A stretch of 64,000 nt of DNA from contig CASFZJ010000002.1 of NCBI GenBank assembly GCA_949299165.1, positions 4,924 through 68,923 of the forward strand, written 5' to 3'. This document shows, piece after piece, positions 48,826 to 58,306 of the stretch (within the stretch, counting starts at the first letter, position 1; each line of letters starts with the position of its first letter). Made by a program: the position numbers and the translations under genes. The notes under the pieces were generated by a model, which saw nothing but the letters and a program-made list of their open reading frames with translations, was not told the origin of the DNA and ran no database searches. Source of the DNA: an uncultured bacterium (lineage in GTDB: Bacteria > Bacillota_I > Bacilli_A > RFN20 > CAG-826).

Positions 48826-49060
48826 GTTATTTTTGTTATTTTGCTATGTGTATACATACACTTCTTCCGTTTTGTCTCATATAGCTATCATTAATGAGTA
48901 GAAGCAATATTTCGGTGTAGCAGACCTACTTTCCTTAAAATTTAAACTTTAAGTTAAGTCATTTGAAAATACCTCCTCACTTATTACAAAGGAGATTAAA
49001 ATCAAAAACGTTAAAAATATTTTTCAAAAATTAAATTTTCTTCAAATTTCTATGAAATGA

Positions 49061-49245
49061 AAAACCTAACTTTTTGCAAATTTCTTTATTTTATAAACAT
49101 AGAATTTTGCAAATTTTGCTATTTTGAAAACCTAGAATTTTGCAAATTTTGGTGTTTTAGAAACATAGAATTTTGTAAATTTTCATATTTTTAGAAACTA
49201 AGTTTTTACAAATTTCGAGATTATAAATATCATTTTTATGTAAAC
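49061..49245. repeat. 5-6 x 33-bp tandem repeat, core AAAC(A/C)TAGAATTTTGCAAATTT
   Basis: Core register at 49076, 49109, 49142, 49175 and 49208. Confidence 0.85.
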
Positions 49246-49652
49246 ACTTATTAAATTTATTTTTTTTGCGGATAAGATTAATTAATCACAATTTTTTTAA
49301 ACTTTCTTTCGTTGTATAAAGTAAATCAAACTTTTTAATAAAATATGATCTAGTATAAACGAATTTAAGAATTCAGTAGCAAAAATATAAAGAAATTTTC
49401 TAAAAGAGTTTATCAGTTAATATATGCTTCTTCGTGTGTCAAGAATACAACTAATTTAATTAATATTTTTTTATTTCTAGACTCAGCGTATTGAAGCTTC
49501 AAAAAATATTATTCAAAAAAATAGGAATTTTTTAAAATTAGCGACAAAATTTGAAAAATAATAAAATATGGTATTTCTGCGATGTTTTTTAACTTAAATA
49601 TTAGTTTTTTTATTAATTTTCAAAAAAATTAAATCTTAAATTTCCGGCACTT

Positions 49653-49718
49653 TGTCGCTTTCGTGTCGCTTTCGTGTCGTTTTCGTGTCGTTTTCGTGTC
49701 GCTTTCGTGTCGTTTTCG
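49653..49718 (+). repeat. 6 x 11-bp tandem repeat TGTCG(C/T)TTTCG
   Basis: Read directly from the sequence; inverted AGCGACA at 49541. Confidence 0.95.
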
Positions 49719-49760
49719 TTGATATAATTTCTTTTTTATGCTAAATTAACTTTGTGTTTT

Positions 49761-51080
49761 ATGGATTTATTTGAGTCAAACAGAATAGAATTTAAAGCAA
49801 AAATTACTGATCAACTTGTACGTGAGATAGTCGCGTTTTTGAACACTGATGGCGGAAAAATATATATAGGTATTAGCGATGATGGCAAAGTTATTGGTAC
49901 AAAAAATATTGATGAATCGCTTAGAATCATATCTGATATTGTTTGCTCTCAAATTGAACCATCTCCAATAGAATTAGTAAAAAGTGATATTCATTTTTTA
50001 GAGAACCAACCAGTTATTGTGGTTAATGTTGATAAAGGGACTGAATCAATTTATTGTATTAAAAAATATGGTTTTTCAAGTGTAGGCTGCCCAATAAGAG
50101 TTGGATCTACTTGCCGAGAAATGAGTCAAGAGCAAGTTCAATACAGATATAAAATGCGCTATTCTGATGATGATTTGTTAGTTTCATCACCGACAAACTT
50201 ACCTGAACTTTCGTTTGTTACTTTAAAAAATTATTATTCAAATATTGGCCTTAAATTAAATGACGAAAATTTCAAAAACAACCTCAATCTCCTGAACAAA
50301 AAAGGCCAATATAATAAATTAGCAGAATTAGTTTCGGATAATAGTCGCTATTCATTTATCTTTGTTAAGTTTGAAGGAGCAAATAAGGCTTCACTTTCAC
50401 AAAGAAGCAACTATGGAAACAAATCTATATTATTTGCTTATGAACAAATGAAAAATCGAATTGAAGCTGAAAACATCTGCATCTCTGATACAACCACAAG
50501 ACCAAGAATCGATAAATTTCTATATAACATCGAATCTGTTGATGAAGCCATTATCAATGCAATAGTCCACAATGATTGGAGTGTTGGAGAACCACAAGTT
50601 GCTTTTTTTAACAATAGAATTGAGATTATCTCTCATGGTGGTTTACCACATAATTTAACTAAGGAAGAATACTTTGCTGGAATTACAAAACCTAGAAATG
50701 CCGCTTTAATGAAAATATTTTCTGATTTAGATATCGCAGATAATACTGGACATGGCATTCCAACTATTATTGAACATTATGGTAAAGATGTTTTTGATAT
50801 TGAACCAAATCACATTATAATAAGCATTCCGTTTGATAAAGATATACTAGAAAGATTCAAAAGAGAGCATACCGATATAATCAATTTTGATTTGAATGAA
50901 CCAGAAAAGTTGATATTAGAACAACTTTCACTTGACCCAACAACTACTGCACAAAAAATCGCATTAAAACTCAAAAAAAGTCGAAGAACTATCGAGCGTT
51001 ATTTAAAATCCTTACAAGCAAAAGATTATATTGAACGAGTTGGAACCATACGAAATGGTTATTGGAAAATAATAAAGTAA
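49761..51080 (+). CDS. AlbA_2 + HATPase_c_4-like + winged-HTH protein (distant paralogue of 26739)
   Basis: ESNRIEFK, VAFLNTDGG, EAIINAIVHND, GHGIP, RVGTIRNGYWK. Confidence 0.88.
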   Translation: MDLFESNRIEFKAKITDQLVREIVAFLNTDGGKIYIGISDDGKVIGTKNIDESLRIISDIVCSQIEPSPIELVKSDIHFLENQPVIVVNVDKGTESIYCIKKYGFSSVGCPIRVGSTCREMSQEQVQYRYKMRYSDDDLLVSSPTNLPELSFVTLKNYYSNIGLKLNDENFKNNLNLLNKKGQYNKLAELVSDNSRYSFIFVKFEGANKASLSQRSNYGNKSILFAYEQMKNRIEAENICISDTTTRPRIDKFLYNIESVDEAIINAIVHNDWSVGEPQVAFFNNRIEIISHGGLPHNLTKEEYFAGITKPRNAALMKIFSDLDIADNTGHGIPTIIEHYGKDVFDIEPNHIIISIPFDKDILERFKREHTDIINFDLNEPEKLILEQLSLDPTTTAQKIALKLKKSRRTIERYLKSLQAKDYIERVGTIRNGYWKIIK

Positions 51081-51129
51081 CTAATTATTTAAAAACAAAT
51101 ATCTCTAATATTTAAAACCAATCCAAAAT

Positions 51130-51150
51130 AAATATTAAGTGCCGGCACTT
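51130..51150. repeat. REP-like palindrome AAGTGCCGGCACTT; second copy at 51599-51617
   Basis: 19-bp direct repeat with 1 mismatch; each copy lies 3-prime of one of two convergent genes. Confidence 0.7.
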
Positions 51151-51643
51151 GTTCTTTTTACTTGTTCGCATTAGATTGGTCAAATTCTTCGACATTCTGA
51201 CGCTTCTATATTTTATTTCAGAAATTAGATCAGAGAATAAACAATAAATTCATTCAAAATGTAGCAAGCTATTTTTAAAACAAAATTAATTTGAACAGTT
51301 TAACCGTTTTATATTGCTTTTATCTTTTTGCGATTATAGTCTTTTTTTAACTTCAATTACTTCATCAATTGAAAATAAAATAAATAACTTCGTGCGAAGT
51401 TCGTGCGAACTAATCGTTCTCTTACCTCTTTTGTCATTATCATTTGAAAAATGATATAAAATCACTTGAATATTGAATAATAATAAGCAACAATACGCGA
51501 AAAAAATTGAGTTTTGCAGGGTTTTTACTTTAAATGTAACTAAAAACTTTTACGTCAATATATAAAATTACTTTAATAAAACTTTTCCTTTCTAGTTAAA
51601 ATACTAAGTGCCGGCACAACTTCTCCATCATTTTTCACATCAA

Positions 51644-52918
51644 CTATTTAGACTGGTCATCGTTATTCTTTTCTTCGCCAATCAATCTTACAAGGTCACT
51701 CCTTTTAAGTATTTTATTTTTAACTACTTCATCTGCGATTATACTTAGTACCTTTTTATATTTTCTAAGTCTTCTTTTTACAATGTGATAGGTTTTCATC
51801 ATGAATTTATTTACTCTTTTTGCGTAAGTCTTTTTCTCATATTCACTTATTGACTCACCACGATATCTTAAAGATTTAGGTGCGTGGAAATCGATTGCGT
51901 TTATGTTTACTCCGTTCAGTAAATTAAATGAAGAAGTGTAGGCTTTTTCTAAATCATTAGAACATCCTATATCGTGTTTTTTATAGAAAAGTTCTTCAGC
52001 GACTAATCCTGCAAGTGCTATTTGAATGTCTTCAATCTGATTTTCTCGATTATCCTCAAAAAGATCAGTTGAATAGGTATATCCTCTTTGCTCATAACAT
52101 CTAATTCTAAAAAACTTTTTGCTTCTAGAAAATTTATAAATATATAAGGCGTGTCCTGCTTCATGAAGTGCGATGACTCTAGGCACAACATAGTCTTCTT
52201 TACTTTCAACACATCCCGTATCTAAAAAAGTTAATTCATTAATAAAATCATCAAGTTCTGCCTCTTTACCCTTTTTAAAATAAACCATATTAAAAAGTGT
52301 TTTGATTTTGCTAATTGATGAGCCAGATAAATGTTGTCTTAATTCTTCAATTTCGTCGTCCACTCTTTCAATATTAAAACCTCTATCTTTTAATAAATGC
52401 TTGATGATCTCTTTTAATTCTTTATTATTAAAAACTTTAATTTCATATTTTCGATCAAAACGACCTTCTCTTACTAAAGAATCTGGTAAGTCGTAATAAA
52501 AATTGGCACTAGCGAGTGTTAAAACATTCCCTTCTTTTTTAAATCCATCAAGTTCAGTTTGTAAAACTCTTTCAAGTTTTGTATCGCGCTCTACAAGACG
52601 ATCTACCTCATCAATTATTATAATTGCGCCTTTTTCTTCTTTTTTAGCTTCTTTATAAGTCGAAACTAAAACTTCATCTAAATTTTCTTTATCTCCTTCG
52701 ATAACAAAAATTTTATAGTCAAAAGTTTTAGCGAATTCTCTCATGAGCAAAGTTTTCCCTTGCCCTGGATCGCCATAAAACAAAATTCCATGAGGTAAAA
52801 ATTCTCTTTTATCTTCTTCTAATTCATTATTTAAATACCATCCTAAAATCTCATATAACTCATCTTTAACGCCTTGATATCCATAAACTTTTGATAAAAA
52901 CTCATTTCTTGAATTCAT
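51644..52918 (-). CDS. Soluble FtsH-like AAA+ ATPase / M41 metallopeptidase
   Basis: GDPGQGKT, IIIIDEVD, REGRFDR, HEAGH, AGLVAEE, GCSNDL; no TM segment; ATG at 52918. Confidence 0.88.
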   Translation of the reverse strand: MNSRNEFLSKVYGYQGVKDELYEILGWYLNNELEEDKREFLPHGILFYGDPGQGKTLLMREFAKTFDYKIFVIEGDKENLDEVLVSTYKEAKKEEKGAIIIIDEVDRLVERDTKLERVLQTELDGFKKEGNVLTLASANFYYDLPDSLVREGRFDRKYEIKVFNNKELKEIIKHLLKDRGFNIERVDDEIEELRQHLSGSSISKIKTLFNMVYFKKGKEAELDDFINELTFLDTGCVESKEDYVVPRVIALHEAGHALYIYKFSRSKKFFRIRCYEQRGYTYSTDLFEDNRENQIEDIQIALAGLVAEELFYKKHDIGCSNDLEKAYTSSFNLLNGVNINAIDFHAPKSLRYRGESISEYEKKTYAKRVNKFMMKTYHIVKRRLRKYKKVLSIIADEVVKNKILKRSDLVRLIGEEKNNDDQSK

Positions 52919-52948
52919 AATTTTTAGCCTCACTTTCTAAGTGAGTTC

Positions 52949-52983
52949 ATTATAAAAAGAAAAATGTCCTAAAAAAGGGACAT
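52949..52983 (-). promoter_or_regulatory. Promoter with palindromic operator
   Basis: TATAAT at 52954-52949; ATGTCC-8-GGACAT at 52964-52983 covers the -35 position. Confidence 0.6.
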
Positions 52984-53015
52984 CAAATAATAAATTGATA
53001 AAGATAGCGCCAACA

Positions 53016-54020
53016 CTAACCTTTTAAATAATCTAACAAGATATTTTTAATTTTATCTTTTAAGAAAGATGGAGAAATTACTTTTACTACTTGAAGATAT
53101 TGTAAACACCAAAATAAAATTGCATTTTCATTACCTTTAATATAGGCAAAAATTTCATCATTTTCATTTACGATATAAGAGTTTTCATTAAACCAATCTT
53201 TAACAAATAAAACTGCGTGTTCGTTTTTGAGTTTAATTTTAGCTTCAATTATTTCTCCACCATAAAAATAAATATGGTTATTAATATATTCAGTGATTTC
53301 AAAATCTTTATATTTAGAATCTAGATCTTTTAATGCAGTGTAATATTTATCGCTTTCAATTATTTCAACATCCTTTAAATAATCAATTCGAAAAGTGTTA
53401 AGCGTTTTATAATCAGCTCGATAATTACATAAAAGATAGTATCGTCCTGAATTATTTACGAGGAAATAAGGCGAAACTTTATAAATAAATCCATTCAAGC
53501 GATAAACTTCTTTTCCATATTTATCATAATCAATTACTTTAAAAGCTACTCGCTTTTTGTTTTTAATCGCTTCAAGAAGAAGCGAAATAGTATACATTAT
53601 TTCATTATTTTTAGTTCTAGCAACTTCGCTAGTTTTATAGAGATATGAAGAGTTAAAATTAAAAAGTTCTTTTTCTTTATTTTGTGAAAATGTCGAAGAT
53701 ATCTTTTTAATTAAATTTTTAGCTTCTTTAGCGTTAATACTCCTACTAGAAAATATTGAATCAATTAAATAATTCGCTTCTGTTTCATCAAAAAGACGAG
53801 AAAATAAAGCAACTCCACCTTTTTCTTTCCTAACTAAGTCATAACCTAATTCTTCAAGTAAATTTAAAGAATAAGCGATAGATTTTCTTTCTAACTCAAC
53901 GCCATATAATTCATATATCTTATTAATAATATCTTGTTGAGTTAAAAAATGTTCTTCATCACTATATTTTTCTAAAACTTTAAGAACTAATAATATTGAT
54001 GCTTTTTTGTTTTCGATCAT
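53016..54020 (-). CDS. WYL-domain transcriptional regulator (wHTH-WYL-WCX)
   Basis: LEKYSDEEH...ERKSI wHTH; VSPYFLV...GRYYL...FRIDY; VKVISP. Confidence 0.92.
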   Translation of the reverse strand: MIENKKASILLVLKVLEKYSDEEHFLTQQDIINKIYELYGVELERKSIAYSLNLLEELGYDLVRKEKGGVALFSRLFDETEANYLIDSIFSSRSINAKEAKNLIKKISSTFSQNKEKELFNFNSSYLYKTSEVARTKNNEIMYTISLLLEAIKNKKRVAFKVIDYDKYGKEVYRLNGFIYKVSPYFLVNNSGRYYLLCNYRADYKTLNTFRIDYLKDVEIIESDKYYTALKDLDSKYKDFEITEYINNHIYFYGGEIIEAKIKLKNEHAVLFVKDWFNENSYIVNENDEIFAYIKGNENAILFWCLQYLQVVKVISPSFLKDKIKNILLDYLKG

Positions 54021-54271
54021 AAGTTTTCTCTTGATTATATTATAGAGGAATTATCGTTAAGAAAGAGTTAAAATGTTCATTAATCTAATTAAATTGTGTT
54101 TTTATATATAAAATTCTGAAAAATATTAAGGTTTTGCAAGGATTTTCAATAATATAGACAATATATACGGAAAAATAATTAAAGTCCTGTCACTTCACCT
54201 TTTGCCTTCACTAAGCATTGAAAATATGGCCAAAAACAAATAAAATAATTACTAAGGAGACAAAGAAGATT

Positions 54272-54664
54272 ATGGCAACTGTTACAAACTTTATTTTTTG
54301 TGAAAATTCTAAAATCGACGAAAACGGAAATACTTCTGTCGTTAATATTTTAAACTATTTTTCTTTATCAATATTGCCAACTCAATTTACTTTTGATCTC
54401 TATTTTACAGTAGCTAAATTTGAAACAGGCGATCACAAGATAAAATTTATTATGCTTGATAGTGACAATAATATCCTCGCAGAAACTCCTGACATAAATG
54501 TTAAATTATTAAAAACATCCGACACAATTGATGATGTAAATTTTGTTAATTTCACTTTAAATCTTCGAAATATTCTTTTTAAAAAAGAAGGTGAATGCAT
54601 CGCAAAAATATTTTTTGACGATGAACTAATAGGAGAAAAACATATTTATGCGAACAAGAAATGA
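54272..54664 (+). CDS. DUF6941-like protein
   Basis: TNFIFCE...NILFKKEG...DELIGE; AAGGAG RBS. Confidence 0.75.
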   Translation: MATVTNFIFCENSKIDENGNTSVVNILNYFSLSILPTQFTFDLYFTVAKFETGDHKIKFIMLDSDNNILAETPDINVKLLKTSDTIDDVNFVNFTLNLRNILFKKEGECIAKIFFDDELIGEKHIYANKK

Positions 54665-55130
54665 AATCTTAGCATTTACTCCTCTTTACACTTTAAGTGC
54701 TACTAGTACGACAAAAAATATTAAAAAAAGTAAGCCAAACTACAATTTTAATCAAGCAAAATTTAATGACTCAACTTTAAATTTAAACCGCTTTATTAAT
54801 ATCAAGGCAATTGAGTCGCTCGAAAGCTTAAAAGAAAATCGGAATGGTTATGGGGCGCACTCCTTTGATAAAAAGACTATTCAAAGATTTTTATCTATTA
54901 TTAATTTTTTAGAAATACAACCAAAAATTTCCCCTACCGGAAGAAAAACTTTAGTTTTGGCTTATGAAAAAGATAAAGATGAAAAACTATCATTTGAAAT
55001 TTTTGAAAACAAGATTGATTGCGCCTATTTAAATATGAAAGATTTTTCAAAATCTTATATCAAACAAGTTAACGAAAGTGATCTTAATCAAGAAATAAAT
55101 AAATTTTATGGAAAAAGTTTATCTATATAG
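54648..55130 (+). CDS. Hypothetical protein, paralogue of 47750..48226
   Basis: SLKEN[CGG]NGYGA...QPKISPTGR...FEIFE. Confidence 0.8.
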   Translation: MRTRNEILAFTPLYTLSATSTTKNIKKSKPNYNFNQAKFNDSTLNLNRFINIKAIESLESLKENRNGYGAHSFDKKTIQRFLSIINFLEIQPKISPTGRKTLVLAYEKDKDEKLSFEIFENKIDCAYLNMKDFSKSYIKQVNESDLNQEINKFYGKSLSI

Positions 55131-55482
55131 ATCTATTAGTAAAGGTGGAATGGATTATTTTTTAAGCAACTCCAGTTGGGTTGGAGCTTTTTTAGATGAT
55201 AGCAAAGATGGTTGCTCTGTCGAATATCAAGGAAAACGAACTGATTTAGATATTTCTAAAGAATTCAGTATCAGATTCGGAAAAAATAAGGGATTCTATG
55301 GTGTTGCAAAATTGATCGAAAGTCAAATCACGTCTGCTACCAATTTTAATCTTGGTGTAAAAAGCGCACCTAGTAAGAATAATTCAAACCACGCATTAAT
55401 TTACGACTTGAACATTGGTCAAATTAACGTTTTACAAGCAAGTTTTCTTGCAACTATCTGCGAAGTTTATGGATTGATTTAA
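55108..55482 (+). CDS. Small hypothetical protein, possible ART-like fold
   Basis: LYRS...AF...GCSV...NSNHALI motif spacing; overlaps the upstream gene. Confidence 0.65.
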   Translation: MEKVYLYRSISKGGMDYFLSNSSWVGAFLDDSKDGCSVEYQGKRTDLDISKEFSIRFGKNKGFYGVAKLIESQITSATNFNLGVKSAPSKNNSNHALIYDLNIGQINVLQASFLATICEVYGLI

Positions 55483-55699
55483 ACAAAAAATAAGTCTTAT
55501 ATCATGAGACAAGAGAGATTCAATCTAAAAATCTAAATTACATAATTGATAATCAAAATTCTTAGATATAAAAACGATTTCATAAATTTAATGCAAGTTT
55601 TGCATACTTTTCATTTGAACAAATATTTTTATTATGTTTTTCAATATCCTTTGCTTGAGTGTTAATAATTCGTCTTCATTATCTTTTAGAGGCAATCTT

Positions 55700-56157
55700 A
55701 TGGCAGAATTTAAATGTGTAAATACAACATCTCCTAACATTAAAGAAAACATTGAAATTAATTCTCCAGATAAGTATATCGAATCATTTGACAACGCTTC
55801 AATAAAAGGCATCACCGTAACGAAAAAAGAATTATCTACATTTCAAGAAAAGTCAAAAACACCATTCTAACTTTTAAAGATAGTGTCCTAAACGAAAATC
55901 AATTTTGTCTAGCTAATTACATCAACGAACTCAGTCAACAAAATGAATGGCCAAGATTTCTTAAGAGTGCGTATTTCACTCTTACTGAATTTGAATTAAC
56001 ATAATTACTTTCCGCAATATTTTTATCGGATATTAATGTATTTACTAAGGAAATTAAAAATCTTTTAGTTGAACGCACAACAAGATATCTAAATACCGAA
56101 CTTTCTGATATTGCTAAAGGATACTTACATCTTTATGCAAGCGAATATAAAAATTAA
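55700..56157 (+). pseudogene. Probable degraded gene
   Basis: ATG 55700 frame stops at 55870; a coding-like second frame continues with one internal TAA to about 56157. Confidence 0.45.
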
Positions 56158-56513
56158 AAGTAAACCACTGTTTAAGATGAGTTGGTGATGATTTTTGCTT
56201 AGTATAAACCTTGCCTTTAATGACAACAAATACCATTTAAATTATTAATTCACCTTTGTGATTTTTAACATCAAAATACCAGCACTTATATTTTTTTCAC
56301 TTTATAAGTTAAATTTAAAAATATAGCGAGTTTGTTTATCAAATATGATATTATCCTCTGTATCAAAATCAAACAATTGAAACTTGTTTAAATTAATTGC
56401 AATTTTTAAAGTGCTTCAAACATTAACTGGTTTTTCTAAAGCCGCTGTAAATGTAATTTCTTCATCTCCAAGTAAAGAATGAATGTAAGTGCTTCTTATA
56501 AGCATAATAATAT

Positions 56514-56813
56514 TTACTTTTTATTTAAGTTATTGATGGCGTTTCCGGCACTTTCTAAAATGTTTTCATTTCCATTCCGAATTTCAGCCGATGTACCGGC
56601 TGCAACAAATAAGGTATAAAACAGACCAATAACTATATCAAAAGGTATAAGAGCAAAAGCCAATATATCAAATATTAGTTGAACTAATTTTAAAGTAAAA
56701 ATATCGGTTATGATATCAACAATCCCCGTGAGAATATCACCAACAATAATTCGATATAAATAAAAAAAGATCCGTAAAGGAAAAAACAGAATAATAGCTA
56801 AAAACTTATTCAT
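56514..56813 (-). CDS. Small membrane protein
   Basis: GAGGGGG RBS, hydrophobic ORF. Confidence 0.7.
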   Translation of the reverse strand: MNKFLAIILFFPLRIFFYLYRIIVGDILTGIVDIITDIFTLKLVQLIFDILAFALIPFDIVIGLFYTLFVAAGTSAEIRNGNENILESAGNAINNLNKK

Positions 56814-56841
56814 AACCAAACCCCCTCTACATAATTTTCAT

Positions 56842-57387
56842 TTAAAATTTAAAACTAATTTCTATAAATTTTAAATGCTTCTTATCTTTCTCCGAAAGTA
56901 TGTACTCAGAGTCAATCTCTGGCCACTCAACTCCAATATCAGGATCGTTATACATAATTCCACCTTCATCATTTGGATGATAAAAATCATCACATTTATA
57001 AGCAAATGTCGCAGTCTCAGATAAAACTAAGAATCCATGAGCAAAGCCTCTAGGGATCATAAACATCTTCTTGTTTTCTGCACTTAATCTAACACCAAAC
57101 CATTTCCCATAAGTTTCTGAATCTTTTCTTAAATCAACCGCAACATCAAAAACTTCTCCTTCTAATACTCTAACAAGTTTTGCTTGAGGATATTGTTTTT
57201 GAAAATGAAGTCCTCTTAATACTCCTTTTGTTGAATAAGATTGATTGTCTTGAACAAAGTCATAATCAAGACCTAACTCATGAAAAGCATTTTTGTTATA
57301 AGATTCATAGAAATAACCTCTAGAATCTTCAAATACTTTTGGTTCAATAATTACTAAATCTTTGATAGGTGTAAGTGTTAGTTTCAT
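56842..57387 (-). CDS. rmlC: dTDP-4-dehydrorhamnose 3,5-epimerase
   Basis: DSRGYF, LRGLHFQ, GFAHGF. Confidence 0.97.
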   Translation of the reverse strand: MKLTLTPIKDLVIIEPKVFEDSRGYFYESYNKNAFHELGLDYDFVQDNQSYSTKGVLRGLHFQKQYPQAKLVRVLEGEVFDVAVDLRKDSETYGKWFGVRLSAENKKMFMIPRGFAHGFLVLSETATFAYKCDDFYHPNDEGGIMYNDPDIGVEWPEIDSEYILSEKDKKHLKFIEISFKF

Positions 57388-57398
57388 CTTCAATACCT

Positions 57399-58283
57399 CT
57401 AATAAATAATCTTACCTTTAGCAACATTTAAAAGGTGTTGGCCGTATTCGTTCTTTGCCATTGATTCACCAATCTCAATAAGTTTTTCTTTTGATATCCA
57501 TCCATGAATATAAGCAATTTCTTCAGGACAAGAAATTTTGATTCCTTGATGTTCTTCTAAAATCTTGATGTAGCTCGATGCATCAATAAGTGATTCATGT
57601 GTTCCTGTATCAAGCCAGGAATAACCTCTACCTAAAGTTGTAACATGAAGCTTCTTTTCTTTTAGATATACATTGTTAAGAGTTGTGATTTCGAGCTCTC
57701 CTCTTGCAGATGGTTTAATAGTTTTGGCGATAGCACTGACTCCTTTTGGATAGAAATATAAACCAGTAACACAATAATTTGATTTAGGTTTTGCAGGTTT
57801 TTCTTCTATACTAATGGCATTTCTATTTTCATCAAGTTCAACAATACCAAATCTTTCTGGATCCTTGACGTAGTATCCATAAATTGTAGCAATACCTTCT
57901 TCTGCTCTTCTAACACTATTTTCTAAATGCTTTGTTAAACCTGCTCCATAGAAAATATTGTCTCCAAGTATCATGGCACAAGGCTCATCTCCAATGAAAT
58001 CTTCCCCAATTATGAAAGCTTGAGCAAGTCCATCAGGAGATGGTTGAACAGCATATGAGAGCTTAATACCAAATTTTGATCCATCACCAAGTAGTTCTTT
58101 AAATCTTGGTGTATCAGTTGGTGTAGATATAATAAGAATATCCTTAATTCCTCCAAGCATGAGAGTCGATAAAGGATAATAAATCATTGGTTTATCATAA
58201 ATTGGAAGTAATTGTTTACTTGTAACTAAAGTAAGTGGATATAGTCTAGTACCACTTCCACCAGCTAAAATAATACCTTTCAT
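57399..58283 (-). CDS. rmlA: Glucose-1-phosphate thymidylyltransferase
   Basis: [30 protein letters not shown]. Confidence 0.98.
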   Translation of the reverse strand: MKGIILAGGSGTRLYPLTLVTSKQLLPIYDKPMIYYPLSTLMLGGIKDILIISTPTDTPRFKELLGDGSKFGIKLSYAVQPSPDGLAQAFIIGEDFIGDEPCAMILGDNIFYGAGLTKHLENSVRRAEEGIATIYGYYVKDPERFGIVELDENRNAISIEEKPAKPKSNYCVTGLYFYPKGVSAIAKTIKPSARGELEITTLNNVYLKEKKLHVTTLGRGYSWLDTGTHESLIDASSYIKILEEHQGIKISCPEEIAYIHGWISKEKLIEIGESMAKNEYGQHLLNVAKGKIIY

Positions 58284-58306
58284 ATCAAAATCCTCGCAAA
58301 ACTAAA

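Noticed and set aside
48686..48901. 71-aa plus-strand ORF
   Set aside because: Antisense to the omegaRNA-like element, no recognisable motif.
48986..49002. Exact 17-nt inverted match to the rpsD RBS region (22222-22238)
   Set aside because: AT-rich and RBS-like; chance is plausible, and the segment is explained by homology to 24061-24078.
49061..49718. CRISPR array interpretation of the 33-bp and 11-bp repeats
   Set aside because: No unique spacers of adequate length and no cas genes in the window.
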